The notes beneath the pieces are model-generated. The model did no database searches. It worked only from the letters and a program-made list of their open reading frames with translations, and was not told the origin of the DNA. A DNA stretch of 64,000 nt, from the NCBI GenBank assembly GCA_024642205.1, contig JAHEBQ010000032.1, positions 1,129 to 65,128 on the forward strand, in the 5' to 3' direction. The position numbers were made by a program, and so were the translations under genes. Below are positions 9,205 through 19,863 of this stretch, piece by piece (position 1 is the first letter of the stretch; every line of letters begins with the position of its first letter). Origin of the DNA: Planctomycetaceae bacterium (GTDB taxonomy: Bacteria > Planctomycetota > Planctomycetia > Pirellulales > Pirellulaceae).

Positions 9205-11328
9205 ATGATGCGTGCGAACTTCATTTTTTTTTCCGTATTGGCGTTGTCCCTGGTAACCGGGAATCGTGTGTGGGCTGCGGATGGCCCCCTGCAACGCCCG
9301 ACCGCGGTTGCCGGTTTCGTCTCGATCTTTGATGGCAAATCGCTAGCCGGATGGAACGCTGTTCCCAGCGACTGCAGTTCCGACTGGACCGTTCGTGACG
9401 GGACCATTGTTGGAAATGGAAACACGAAAAGGTTGGCCTACCTGACGTGGCACGACGATCAGCTGGAAAACTTCGAACTCGAGCTGGCCTATCGGATGCC
9501 GGGCAAGGGCAACTCGGGAATCGAAGTTCGCGCCCAGCCGGACACGACCGGAAAACGACCTTTTGTCGGTTATCACGCGGACCTCGGACATGTGGGAATC
9601 GGTCCACAAATTCTCGGAGCCTGGGATTTTCATTTTGTCGGGCGCAAGGAACACGCCTGCAATCGCGGCACGAGGTTGGTGATCGACGAAGACGGTCGGC
9701 CGGAGAGAACGGCAATCCAGGATGGATTGGGGGCCGAGGATATCCGAGGGAACCAATGGAATAACGTCCGTATCATTGCCATGGGAAATCATTTTCAGTT
9801 TTTCATAAACGGAAAACTGTCATCCGAGTTTACCGACAACGCGAAGGTCGAGCGATTGGATCGTGGCGCGATCGGACTTCAGATTCACGATCCGGGAATG
9901 AGCGTCGAGTTCAAGGATATTCGATTGAAAAAACTCCCGTCCCAACTGCCGCCCGCCAGACCCAACGTACTCATGATCGCTGTCGACGACCTCAATGACT
10001 GGGTGGGTTGTCTGGCCGGCCATCCTCAAGCGCGTTCACCGAATATCGACCGGCTGGCCAAAAGGGGCACGCTGTTTACAAATGCCCACTGCCAGGCGCC
10101 GATCTGTAATCCTTCTCGAACCAGCATCATGTACGGTTTGAGGCCGTCGACCAGCGGGGTCTACATGAACGCTCCCAAACCGTGGACGGTGGCCGGACTG
10201 AAAGATCGTGTCACGCTTCCACGTCACTTTGCTGCCAATGGTTATTCGACTTATACCGCGGGCAAGATCTACCACGGCTCGGGATTGCCGGATGGCGATT
10301 TCGATGTCGTTGGGCCGCGGCCGGGACAGCGAATCAAACTCGACGAACGGCTGGTTCCCGAAACCGATGGCGGCGCCAAGGGACTTTGGGATTTCGGCGC
10401 CCAAACTTATGACGAGAAACTGTTTTCAGATCATGTTAGTGCGAGTTGGGCGATCGAGCAGATCCAGGCACACGGAAAGCCAGCAACCGGTTCTGCAACC
10501 GGAAATGGGGCTGAAACAGCACAGCCTTTCTTCATGGCAATCGGTTTCTATCGACCGCACGTCCCTTTCTATTCTCCGCAGCGCGTGTTTGATCAAATTC
10601 CGCTCGACGGCATCTCCCTGCCGTTGGTAAAAGATAATGACCGCGACGACCTGCCGGAAATCGCCATGAAAGTGGCCGTCGCCGCAGCTGCGCCAGATCA
10701 CGACTGGTTTGTGGAAACCAACCATTGGCGCCCGGCCGTTCAGTCGTATCTCTCCTGCATCCGTTTTACCGACGAGCAAGTCGGACGATTGCTCGACGCT
10801 CTCGACGAATCACCGTATGCCCGGAATACGATCGTGGTGCTTTACTCCGATCACGGGTTTTTTCTGGGTGAAAAACAGCGTTGGGCGAAGCAGGCACTTT
10901 GGGAGCGCGCGACACGGGTTCCGTTTATCATTGTCGCGCCTGGCATGAAGGCTGGCGAAGCATGTGCTCGTCCGACCGAGTTGCTTTCAATTTACCCGAC
11001 GCTGATCGAACTTTGCGGATTGCCGACCCGCAATGACCTGGAAGGACTGAGCCTGGCACCACTGCTCAAGGACCCGCAGGCAAACTGGCCACAGGTCGCG
11101 TTGACAACTCACGGCAAAGACAACCATAGCGTCCGCACGGAAACTCACCGGTACATCCGGTACCGCGACGGCTCGGAAGAACTCTACGACCATCGTACCG
11201 ATCCCAATGAATGGACCAACCTCGCCGGCAATCCGGAACATTCGGAGCTCAAGTCGCAACTTGCGAAGTCCTTTCCCTCGCACAATGCAGAACCTGCAAA
11301 TGCGGCTGGCAACAAAAGAAAGCAATAA
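9205..11328 (+). CDS. DUF1080 (3-keto-disaccharide hydrolase-like) + sulfatase fusion protein
   Basis: Signal peptide; SIFDGKSLAGW...ENFELELAYR...GNSGIEVR...WNNVRIIA...GAIGLQIH...VEFKDIRLKKL (DUF1080), then RPNVLMIAVDDLNDWVG, CQAPICNPSRTS (iduronate/choline-sulfatase-like). Confidence 0.92.
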   Translation: MMRANFIFFSVLALSLVTGNRVWAADGPLQRPTAVAGFVSIFDGKSLAGWNAVPSDCSSDWTVRDGTIVGNGNTKRLAYLTWHDDQLENFELELAYRMPGKGNSGIEVRAQPDTTGKRPFVGYHADLGHVGIGPQILGAWDFHFVGRKEHACNRGTRLVIDEDGRPERTAIQDGLGAEDIRGNQWNNVRIIAMGNHFQFFINGKLSSEFTDNAKVERLDRGAIGLQIHDPGMSVEFKDIRLKKLPSQLPPARPNVLMIAVDDLNDWVGCLAGHPQARSPNIDRLAKRGTLFTNAHCQAPICNPSRTSIMYGLRPSTSGVYMNAPKPWTVAGLKDRVTLPRHFAANGYSTYTAGKIYHGSGLPDGDFDVVGPRPGQRIKLDERLVPETDGGAKGLWDFGAQTYDEKLFSDHVSASWAIEQIQAHGKPATGSATGNGAETAQPFFMAIGFYRPHVPFYSPQRVFDQIPLDGISLPLVKDNDRDDLPEIAMKVAVAAAAPDHDWFVETNHWRPAVQSYLSCIRFTDEQVGRLLDALDESPYARNTIVVLYSDHGFFLGEKQRWAKQALWERATRVPFIIVAPGMKAGEACARPTELLSIYPTLIELCGLPTRNDLEGLSLAPLLKDPQANWPQVALTTHGKDNHSVRTETHRYIRYRDGSEELYDHRTDPNEWTNLAGNPEHSELKSQLAKSFPSHNAEPANAAGNKRKQ

Positions 11329-11549
11329 GAACCGTCTCCCGGTGAATATCGAGAATATTCGACGGATTGCCGTTTTGTTGGCACCGCATTGGTCGCCTTG
11401 CGACGCAACCTGGACAGAAGATTGCCTGCAAACAACATGCACAAGAGAATGCTTTGATGCCCGGAACAACACGATTAATCGAGTGCCAGCGAAACCTAAC
11501 GCGATCCGCAGGGTTCATCGTAGGGGGCAATGCGGCTGGAGATTTGACG

Positions 11550-12128
11550 ATGGAAATTCGACCGACGATTTGTTCCCGGGCATTGAGGCGATCGACCTGG
11601 GGCAGGACCGTCGTCGCGATTTTGCTTTCAGGATTCGTCCTTGCCGGTCAGCCCGTCGTTGCCCGAACCGTGTTAGATACTCCAACTTTCCCGTCGCAGG
11701 GTGATTTATCACCTCGCGCGCAAGCCACGCCCGATCAAACGGGACTGAAACAGATCGTCAAGATCATCGTTGAACCGGGCACCAACCGAATCCTGTTGGT
11801 AGGGACAAAGCAAGACGTTGCTGTGGTTCTCCGGACTCTGGAGTCACTCAAGGAAAAACTGAATTCCAATTCTGATCCAACGGTCACGGAGAAAATAGTA
11901 CTTGAATCCCAGTTGGCCGATACGGTCGCATCTCTCATGTCCCGTTCACTAGGCGTACACAACCCCCGCGGTCCGGAAGTCAGAATCGACCCCGTTCATT
12001 TTCCCGAGGCCATTCTTCTTTCCGGCCCGGCGTCCGCTGTCAAGCGAGCCAGGCAGCTGCTGGCGACCATCGATCGGTACGAAGGCCTTTCGGAATCCGA
12101 CGGATGTGAACCCAAACACGTTTACTAA
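11550..12128 (+). CDS. Secreted protein with secretin N-terminal (NolW-like) domains only
   Basis: GGAG RBS before ATG 11550; signal-like N-terminus; VKIIVEPGTNRILLVGTKQDVAVVLRTLESL and VRIDPVHFPEAILLSGPASAVKRARQLLATID match the NolW/secretin-N repeat pattern; no secretin barrel. Confidence 0.6.
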   Translation: MEIRPTICSRALRRSTWGRTVVAILLSGFVLAGQPVVARTVLDTPTFPSQGDLSPRAQATPDQTGLKQIVKIIVEPGTNRILLVGTKQDVAVVLRTLESLKEKLNSNSDPTVTEKIVLESQLADTVASLMSRSLGVHNPRGPEVRIDPVHFPEAILLSGPASAVKRARQLLATIDRYEGLSESDGCEPKHVY

Positions 12129-12172
12129 CGGGCTGGATGGAAACCTTGGCGGCTCGGGAGCCGGGCGAACCA

Positions 12173-13303
12173 TCATGTTGCGAGATTGCCCAATACGGAA
12201 ACAAATGACGTTAGCGTCCGATCGATATCCAGAAGCTTGTCGATCCCGAACAACCCCACTCGAAATGTCTGAAAGTCGGCTGGCTCATCGCAGGCCAGAG
12301 GAACTCCGCCCGCAACTTGAATGCCGGCATTCATGAACTTCTTGCCGTTCTTGAGGTCAGGGTCAGAGGTATAGCAAACAACGACGGTCGAAGCCCTGAA
12401 CCCTTCAGCCGCGACACTTGAAAATCCGTTTGCATCCAGGGCAGCACGGACTCGGCAGCCCAAATCCTGTTGCCAACTGCCAACCTGATCAAATCCAAAC
12501 GTCTCCATTTCCTTCATCACGTCGCGAAACCGGGTTAACGCATCGGTCGGCAGCGTTGCATGATAAGCGTGTCCGCCGTTTTCATACGCCTGCATGATTT
12601 GCAGCCACTTTTTCAGATCGCAGGAGAAGCTCGTGCTGGTCGTTTCCTCCAGTCGCTGGGTCGCCCGCTCGCTGAGCATGACCAGTCCGGCACACGGTGA
12701 CCCACTCCATCCCTTTTGGGGCGCGCTGATCAACACGTCGACGCCAAGTGCCTGCATATCGACCCACAGCGGCCCCGACGCAATACAATCCAAAACAAAA
12801 AGTCCACCGACGCGATGGGTTGCCGCAGCAACGGCTGCCAGGTAATCGTTTGGCAAAATCATTCCCGCCGACGTCTCGACGTGGGGTGCAAACACGACCG
12901 CCGGTTTTTCCGTCTCGATCGCGGTGACGACCTCTTCGATCGGTGCCGGCAGGAAAGGAGCATTTTTCTCGTCTCTTTCTGGACGGGCTTTCAAGACTGT
13001 TTCTGAAGACGGAATGCTTCCCATTTCAAAAATCTGGCTCCAGCGAAAACTGAACCAGCCGTTGCGGATAACCAGACATTTCCTGCCCGTTCCGTACTGA
13101 CGAGCGACGGCTTCCATCGCAAACGTGCCACTCCCTGGAACAACCACCACCGCGTGGGAATGATAAACCTGTTTCAAGGTCGACGAGATGTCATTCATTA
13201 CCCCCTGAAACAACCGGGACATGTGGTTGAGTGAACGATCTGAATAAACCACCGAGTATTCCAACAATCCGTCTGGATCGACATCGGGAAGTAAACCTGG
13301 CAC
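12173..13303 (-). CDS. Class V PLP-dependent aminotransferase (alanine/serine-glyoxylate aminotransferase-like)
   Basis: MPGLLPDVDPDGLLEYSVVYSDRSLNHMS N-terminus, PGSGTFAMEAVA, HVETSAG, LDCIASG, SAPQKGW (PLP Lys); AGGAG RBS. Confidence 0.9.
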   Translation of the reverse strand: MPGLLPDVDPDGLLEYSVVYSDRSLNHMSRLFQGVMNDISSTLKQVYHSHAVVVVPGSGTFAMEAVARQYGTGRKCLVIRNGWFSFRWSQIFEMGSIPSSETVLKARPERDEKNAPFLPAPIEEVVTAIETEKPAVVFAPHVETSAGMILPNDYLAAVAAATHRVGGLFVLDCIASGPLWVDMQALGVDVLISAPQKGWSGSPCAGLVMLSERATQRLEETTSTSFSCDLKKWLQIMQAYENGGHAYHATLPTDALTRFRDVMKEMETFGFDQVGSWQQDLGCRVRAALDANGFSSVAAEGFRASTVVVCYTSDPDLKNGKKFMNAGIQVAGGVPLACDEPADFQTFRVGLFGIDKLLDIDRTLTSFVSVLGNLAT

Positions 13304-13457
13304 GCGAGACTCCTGTAAGCAATGAACCGAACACTGTTTTTATAGTCTGTTTCGAAGCAGCTCGGGAGCCGGGAGAATCGCAGGCGGCAATCACGAGCCC
13401 GTCGCGAGACCATCGGCTGAGCCTCGGATTTTGCACACAGCGCAACCGAGGACGTCG

Positions 13458-13466
13458 TGCTATCAT
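13458..13466 (+). promoter_or_regulatory. Putative extended -10 promoter (TG-c-TATCAT) 6 nt before the lctP ATG
   Basis: TGCTATCAT at 13458-13466, then ATTGCC, then ATG at 13473; no SD in between. Confidence 0.4.
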
Positions 13467-13472
13467 ATTGCC

Positions 13473-15143
13473 ATGCCAGATTTGCATTCCTCACTCGTTT
13501 CGCTTTCGCCCATCCTCGTCGTTGGAATTTTTTTGGTTGGACTTCGCTGGTCGGCTGCCAAAGCCATGCCGTTGGCCTATGTCACCGCCGTCACAGTCGC
13601 CTATTTCTACTGGCAAGTCGACCTAACCCAGATTGAAGCCGCATCGCTCAAAGGATTGGCGGTCACGTTTACGCTCTTGTACATTATTTTTGGCGCGATC
13701 CTGTTGCTCAACACGCTCAGTGAAAGCGGAGGGCTTTCGGTCATCCGCAGCGGTTTTACGCGGATCACTGCCGACCGTCGCGTTCAGGTCATCATCGTTG
13801 CCTGGCTGTTCGGCTCGTTTATCGAGGGCACGGCTGGTTTTGGAACACCTGCTGCGGTCTGCGTTCCGCTGTTGGTCGGATTGGGGTTCCCAGCCAAATC
13901 CGCTGTGATTTCGGGCATGCTTATTCAAAGCACGCCGGTTTCCTTTGGGGCGGTCGGTACGCCAATCCTGGTCGGCGTCAGAAAGGGACTCGAAGGAAAC
14001 GAAAACGTGATCTCCTATGCGACTGCCAGCGGTTTTGAATCGTGGACTGAAATGTTGCCGGTCATTGCAACCAGGGTTGCCATTCTGCACGCGGTCGCCG
14101 GAACGTTAATTCCGCTGTTCGTCGTCTGTCTAATGACAAAACTATTTGGCCGGGACCAGCGGTTCAGCGACGGCTTGCGGATCTGGAAATTCGCCCTGTT
14201 TGCGGCGTTGGCGATGACGATCCCCTACGTCGCGATCGCTTTTTTGCTGGGCCCTGAGTTTCCATCGATGATTGGATCACTGATCGGTTTGGCAATCGTC
14301 GTTCCGGCAGCAAAACACAGGTTCCTGTTGCCCAAAAATGAAGTTTGGGATTTCGATTCCGGATCGAAACGGGATGAATCGTGGAACGGCAGGATTGAAA
14401 TCAAACTCGAAGAGCCGACCACCCATTTGCCGATGTGGAAGGCCTGGTTACCGTACATGATGATCGCGACCTTGCTGGTGATCTCCCGGTTGCCTGTACT
14501 TGGGATTGGCAACCTGCTGAAATCCATCACGATCCCTGGCAATGAAAACGTGTTCGGCTCCACCGTTTCCATTTCGCCCGTGGAGTTCCTCTATTCGCCG
14601 GGCAGCGTTTTCATCGTCACCTGCCTGTTCGCTGCCGTCTTGCATCGCATGAACTGGTCGGCAATGGGACGGGCCACCGCCAAAAGTGCCAAAATGGTAT
14701 TCTCCGCATCGGTCGCGCTCGTGTTTGCCGTTCCAATGGTTCAGGTTTTTATCAATTCAACCGGTGGTGCCGCCGGATTGGACTCGATGCCAAACGAACT
14801 GGCCTCCGGCGTGGCTTCCCTGGCCGGTTCGGCCTGGCCCGCGTTTTCGCCGTTGATCGGAGGATTGGGCGCTTTCGTGGCGGGCAGCAATACAATCAGC
14901 AACATGATGTTTTCCCAATTCCAGTTCGGCGTCGCGGAGCAGATCGGAGCAAGTCCGCTGTGGGTGGTCGCGCTCCAGGCCGTGGGTGGCGCCGCTGGCA
15001 ATGTAATCTGTGTTCACAATGTCGTGGCGGCTTGTGCCGTGGTCGGCTTGATCGGTCGCGAGGGAGAGATCATTCGCGTCACGTTTCTGGTTTTCCTGTA
15101 TTACATTATCGTCGCTGGCACCCTGGGAATGATGTTCGCTTGA
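13473..15143 (+). CDS. lctP: L-lactate/glycolate permease (LctP/GlcA family)
   Basis: [83 protein letters not shown] motifs; directly upstream of glcD. Confidence 0.93.
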   Translation: MPDLHSSLVSLSPILVVGIFLVGLRWSAAKAMPLAYVTAVTVAYFYWQVDLTQIEAASLKGLAVTFTLLYIIFGAILLLNTLSESGGLSVIRSGFTRITADRRVQVIIVAWLFGSFIEGTAGFGTPAAVCVPLLVGLGFPAKSAVISGMLIQSTPVSFGAVGTPILVGVRKGLEGNENVISYATASGFESWTEMLPVIATRVAILHAVAGTLIPLFVVCLMTKLFGRDQRFSDGLRIWKFALFAALAMTIPYVAIAFLLGPEFPSMIGSLIGLAIVVPAAKHRFLLPKNEVWDFDSGSKRDESWNGRIEIKLEEPTTHLPMWKAWLPYMMIATLLVISRLPVLGIGNLLKSITIPGNENVFGSTVSISPVEFLYSPGSVFIVTCLFAAVLHRMNWSAMGRATAKSAKMVFSASVALVFAVPMVQVFINSTGGAAGLDSMPNELASGVASLAGSAWPAFSPLIGGLGAFVAGSNTISNMMFSQFQFGVAEQIGASPLWVVALQAVGGAAGNVICVHNVVAACAVVGLIGREGEIIRVTFLVFLYYIIVAGTLGMMFA

Positions 15144-15209
15144 TCAGGATGCTGGGCGAATTCGGGTTGGAGTGCGTAGATTGAAGAGTTCAAGTTCCTA
15201 CCCAACGAC

Positions 15210-16697
15210 ATGGCGGAAGTTCAACTAATGCCGACCTCCAATGACCGTTCAAAACCCTCATCCGCCCTGGATGAACTGGAATCGCTTTTCCCGGCGAAAC
15301 AGTTTTTCTGCGAGCCTGCACACCTGGCGGCATTTGAGTCCGACGCGCTCACCGCTTTTCAGGCCAGACCACTTGCAATCGTGGTTCCTGAATCCACCGA
15401 TGATATCATCTCCGCCGTCCGCTGGTGTGCCGTCAATCAAGTCCCGTTTGTGGCCCGTGGCAGCGGGACAAGTTTGTCCGGCGGCTCATTGCCGGTCGCG
15501 GAAGGCATCGTGATTGCACTCAACCGGATGAACAAGATTCTTTCACTGGATCCACAGGACCGAATCGCCGTCGTTCAACCGGGAGTCATCAACCTGGAAG
15601 TTTCCCGGGCCGCCGACTCACATGGACTTTATTACGCGCCCGACCCGTCCAGCCAATCGGTGTGTACCATCGGCGGCAATGTCGCGTTCAATTCCGGTGG
15701 CGCCCATTGCCTGAAATACGGAATGACGTCCAACCATGTTCTGGGATTGAAAGCAGTTTTGGCGACGGGGGAAGTCGTGACGTTTGGCGGTCCGAGCCTC
15801 GAGACAATAGGACCGGACTACACTGGCCTGTTTTGCGGCTCCGAAGGACTTTTCGGAGTCGCCTTGGAAATCACGGTCCGGTTGCTTCCCAAACCGGAAC
15901 GATTCCACACGGTGCTGGTCGGCTATCGCTCGCTGCAGGCGGCCGGTGATGCCGTGGCCGCCGTAATCGATTCGGGATTATTGCCCGGTGCACTGGAAAT
16001 CATGGACGCGCTGGCGATTGAGGCTGCCGAGGCAGCGGTTGCCTGCGGGTATCCTGAAGGGGCTGCGGCGGTGTTGATCGTCGAACTGGAGGGTCCCCAG
16101 GAAAAAATCAAACAGGAAAAACTTCAACTTGACGACTTGCTGGCTCAAACCGGTGCATTTGCCATTCGGGTTGCCGTCGATTCACAGGACCGACTTTCAA
16201 TCTGGAAAGGTCGCAAGAGCGCTTTTTCTGCAGTTGGCCGGTTGAGCCCGGATTTCATTGTTCAGGACGGAGTCGTTCCGCGAAACCGATTGGGCGAAGC
16301 GCTCGCCAGGATCGAACAGCTTTCGCGCGAAACGGGTATTCGAGTCGCCAATGTGTTTCACGCCGGTGACGGAAATCTGCATCCGCTGATTTTGTTTGAT
16401 GGAAAGATCTCCGGGGCACTGGAAAAAGCGGAACAGCTGGCAGGACAAATATTGAAAATGTGTATCGCGATGGGAGGATCCATTACGGGAGAACACGGGG
16501 TCGGCATCGAAAAACGGACGTTCATGCCCGAGATGTTTGACCAACCGACGATGGATCTGATGAAACGACTGCGATCGGCGTTTGATCCACATCAGATCGC
16601 CAATCCGGGCAAGATGTTCCCCGGACGGGAACCTCCCGCCTTGGCCCTGCATGGATTGCATCCGCTGGAAAAAGCGGGAGTTATTTCTCGTGAATGA
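15210..16697 (+). CDS. glcD: Glycolate oxidase subunit GlcD (FAD-linked oxidase)
   Basis: [86 protein letters not shown]. Confidence 0.95.
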   Translation: MAEVQLMPTSNDRSKPSSALDELESLFPAKQFFCEPAHLAAFESDALTAFQARPLAIVVPESTDDIISAVRWCAVNQVPFVARGSGTSLSGGSLPVAEGIVIALNRMNKILSLDPQDRIAVVQPGVINLEVSRAADSHGLYYAPDPSSQSVCTIGGNVAFNSGGAHCLKYGMTSNHVLGLKAVLATGEVVTFGGPSLETIGPDYTGLFCGSEGLFGVALEITVRLLPKPERFHTVLVGYRSLQAAGDAVAAVIDSGLLPGALEIMDALAIEAAEAAVACGYPEGAAAVLIVELEGPQEKIKQEKLQLDDLLAQTGAFAIRVAVDSQDRLSIWKGRKSAFSAVGRLSPDFIVQDGVVPRNRLGEALARIEQLSRETGIRVANVFHAGDGNLHPLILFDGKISGALEKAEQLAGQILKMCIAMGGSITGEHGVGIEKRTFMPEMFDQPTMDLMKRLRSAFDPHQIANPGKMFPGREPPALALHGLHPLEKAGVISRE

Positions 16698-17823
16698 AAA
16701 ACCCAACGTCCTCCGGCCGACGACAACCGACGATTTACTGGACATCATCGCCGGCCATCGATCCGTATTGCCGGTCGGAAACCGCACCAAACCGGGTTGC
16801 AGCCCGTGTCCTGACGACGCCGCTGGGAATTTCGATCGGCCGGCACTCGTGTCGCTAACCGAATTGTCCGGCATCATCGAATACGAACCGTCGGAATTCA
16901 CGTTCACGGCCCACGCGGGAACTCGCGTTACTGAAATCGTTGAAATCTTGAAAGCGAAAAACCAGTACCTGCCGTTTGACCCGCTGCTGGTCGATGCCGG
17001 CGCGACATTGGGCGGCACGGTCGCGTCCAATGCCGCCGGGCCAGGTAGATTTCGCTACGGTGGCGTTCGCGATTTCCTGTTGGCCGTTTGTCTGATTACG
17101 GGCGACGGAAAAACAATTCGCGCCGGTGCCAAAGTCGTAAAAAACTCCGCCGGGTTCGACATCCCGAAGCTCATCGTCGGATCTTTGGGTCGGTTAGGCG
17201 TCATGACTGAATTCACGTTTAAGGTGTTTCCGGTTCCATCGGCTCGAACCACGATTCAAGTCCGCTGCCGCTCGCATGATGAAGCAATCGAACAAATGTC
17301 GGTCGCAGCGAGTGCGCGGTGGGAGTTGGATGCGATCGATTATCGAGTCGCCGAGAAGACGATCTGCTACCGGGTCGCTGGTCCGAAGCCATCCAACGAC
17401 TTGATTGCCGGCGAAATCCTCGACCGCTCCAGCGGTAATGCCGATGTCATCTCGTTGGAAACCAGCGATCGCTACTGGACATCGGTTCGCGAGCTGAGCT
17501 TCACAGGGCCCGGGGCAATCGTCGTCAAGGTGCCGACCACAACGACGTCATTTCTCGAACTGGCGGACGCGTTTGCTGATAACTCAAATGTTGAAATGCA
17601 CCTCAGCGTTGCGGGTTCGCTGACCTGGCTGGCGATCCAGTCCGTGCCAGCGTTGTTGGATGTCGAAAAAACGCTTGGAGAATTGTCACTCGCCGGTTTG
17701 GTGTTTCGCGGACCGGTGGAGACAATGTGGCTGGGCCAAAGACGACGATACGAGATTGATCGTTCGATCAAGCAAGCAATGGACCCCGCAAACAAATTCC
17801 CCAGTCTTTGGCCTGACGATTAA
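16690..17823 (+). CDS. glcE: Glycolate oxidase FAD-binding subunit GlcE
   Basis: GTG start overlapping glcD stop by 8 nt with GGGAG RBS; [55 protein letters not shown]. Confidence 0.92.
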   Translation: MNEKPNVLRPTTTDDLLDIIAGHRSVLPVGNRTKPGCSPCPDDAAGNFDRPALVSLTELSGIIEYEPSEFTFTAHAGTRVTEIVEILKAKNQYLPFDPLLVDAGATLGGTVASNAAGPGRFRYGGVRDFLLAVCLITGDGKTIRAGAKVVKNSAGFDIPKLIVGSLGRLGVMTEFTFKVFPVPSARTTIQVRCRSHDEAIEQMSVAASARWELDAIDYRVAEKTICYRVAGPKPSNDLIAGEILDRSSGNADVISLETSDRYWTSVRELSFTGPGAIVVKVPTTTTSFLELADAFADNSNVEMHLSVAGSLTWLAIQSVPALLDVEKTLGELSLAGLVFRGPVETMWLGQRRRYEIDRSIKQAMDPANKFPSLWPDD

Positions 17824-17926
17824 ACGCCCATGGAAGCAGCTCGTTCGGACGCCTTTGGCCTGTTCAGAAAGACGCCTCGGCGTTGATTACCATTGAGACT
17901 TTCGAAGTCAGCGGTTTTTAAATCCC

Positions 17927-19210
17927 ATGCAACACAATATCCCTGTCGAACAGTGTGGCCCTCTCGGTCCGAAAATGGCTGATGCGATCAGCAAATGTGT
18001 GCATTGTGGGTTCTGTCTTGCCGCATGTCCCACGTATCAGGAACTGGGCCAGGAGACCGATTCGCCGCGTGGCCGAATCGTGTTGATGAGAGAAGTCCTG
18101 GAAGGAACACTTACACCCCAGCAGGTATTGCCGCACATCGACCCTTGCCTGGGCTGCCTGGCCTGCGAACCGGCCTGCCCGTCCGGTGTTCCCTATCGCG
18201 ACTTGATCAGCCCGTTTCGATCGATGACCGAATCAAAACGCAAACGGCCCTTCATCGAGAGAATCCGCCGAATGCTGGTTCGAAACACACTGCCCTACCC
18301 TGAACGGTTTCGACTGGCGGCCCTGACGGGACGATCTTTCAAGCCGATTGCGGCGATCATGCCGGCGGCGTTCAAGCCGATGTTTGAACTGCTGCCCGAA
18401 CGCTTGCCACCAAAACAAACCTGGCTTGAGACCTATACGGCAATGGGCCAGCGCCGCGCAAGGGTCGCATTGCTGATCGGCTGTGCCCAGAGGGTACTCG
18501 ACCCGGATATCAATACTGCGACGATCGAAGTGCTTATCAAAAATGGAGTTGAAGTCGTTGTTCCACAATCGCAAACCTGTTGCGGTGCACTAAGCTGGCA
18601 TGGAGGCGACCATCGACTGGCCAGACATTTCGCGGAACAGATCCTGCAGGCGTTTCCAACCGACATCGATGCGATTGTGACCAACGCCGCCGGCTGCGGA
18701 TCTGCGCTGCATGAATACGAACTGATTCTCAAGGGGACGACTCATGAGCAACAGGCTCATGACTTCAGCGAACGCGCCTGCGACGTGTCGGTGTTCCTCG
18801 ATCAACTTGGCAACCTGACACCGATCAGGGATTCCGGGCGGAAACTGCGTGTCGCATATCATGATGCCTGCCATTTGGCCAACGCCCAGGGCATTACATC
18901 GCAGCCTCGAAAACTGTTACGGATGATTCCAGGAGTGGAGGTTCTTGAGATTGCGAACAGCCATTCATGCTGTGGTTCGGCTGGGACCTACAACATTGAC
19001 CAGCCGCAAATCGCATCGTCGTTGGGAACTCAAAAGGCGATGAACGTCATCGCATTGCAACCTGATGTCGTTGCAACGGGAAACATCGGCTGCATCACGC
19101 AGTTGAACTTTCATCTGCAAAAAAACCACAGCTCGATCCCGGTTCGCCACACGATGCAACTCGTACGCGATGCTTATCGCCCACTTGAGTCAAATCCGCT
19201 TCAGGGATGA
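17927..19210 (+). CDS. glcF: Glycolate oxidase iron-sulfur subunit GlcF
   Basis: CVHCGFCLAACPTY and CLGCLACEPACPSGV 4Fe-4S motifs; two CCG domains (QTCCGAL, HSCCGSAGTYN), YHDACHL. Confidence 0.95.
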   Translation: MQHNIPVEQCGPLGPKMADAISKCVHCGFCLAACPTYQELGQETDSPRGRIVLMREVLEGTLTPQQVLPHIDPCLGCLACEPACPSGVPYRDLISPFRSMTESKRKRPFIERIRRMLVRNTLPYPERFRLAALTGRSFKPIAAIMPAAFKPMFELLPERLPPKQTWLETYTAMGQRRARVALLIGCAQRVLDPDINTATIEVLIKNGVEVVVPQSQTCCGALSWHGGDHRLARHFAEQILQAFPTDIDAIVTNAAGCGSALHEYELILKGTTHEQQAHDFSERACDVSVFLDQLGNLTPIRDSGRKLRVAYHDACHLANAQGITSQPRKLLRMIPGVEVLEIANSHSCCGSAGTYNIDQPQIASSLGTQKAMNVIALQPDVVATGNIGCITQLNFHLQKNHSSIPVRHTMQLVRDAYRPLESNPLQG

Positions 19211-19300
19211 TTCTCACGAAATTACCAGGTGGGTCGTCTTGCGAAAAGCATGAGCCGCAGTCGTTAACGTCGGGCCACAACGATCGGTTGGCTTTTTTTT

Positions 19301-19785
19301 CAGCTCCCGAAGCGAACGCCAATGACACTTTCTTTCGATCCCTGGTCCTCGTCGGGACGACAGTAGGCAACCCACGGCGCGAACCCGCCGGATTTACCGG
19401 GGTCTTGCCCGCAACCCAAACGTGCAGACGTCCAGCGAGTCTGCGACACCAACCTCTCATAATATTTAAGCTTGGCTTTCTGATCGATGACTCAAAAAAA
19501 ATCTCATGGACAGGTACTTAATTTGGCGGGCATGTGGCCACCCACTCCATGAAGGTGCGCTACTTCACAGAACGAAATGCCACGTGTTTTTTTCCTTCGA
19601 ACCGCCAATCGATCACGCAGCGGTATCTCAAAACCAAGGAACCACCCCACAAGTCATGACTGAAACCAGGTCTTTTCTGTGCTGATCGTTGCGGTATCGA
19701 AAAGAAAAAGCTGAAGATATCGGCTCATGTCCGTCGCCCGATCCGGATCGAAAGTAAGTACCAGGGGCTGACGCCGTCGGCTCAC
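19301..19785 (+). mobile_element. ~485-bp non-coding REPIN/MITE-like element, copy A
   Basis: Aligns by eye along its length with 50333-51000 and (reverse) 46266-46623; central 50-nt hairpin 19534-19583; right end GGCTGACGCCGTCGGCTCAC 19766-19785; left end degenerate. Confidence 0.75.
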
Positions 19786-19863
19786 AGGAATAGCTTGCTT
19801 GTCCACACAGGAAATGCCAGAATTGGACCGAGTCAAACAAGCGGATTGCGAGTGGAGCCATTA

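Noticed and set aside
19628-19861. RAYT transposase fragment suggested by the PGTYF word
   Set aside because: The word comes from the REP 20-mer and adjacent bases; no HUH motif or catalytic Tyr region follows
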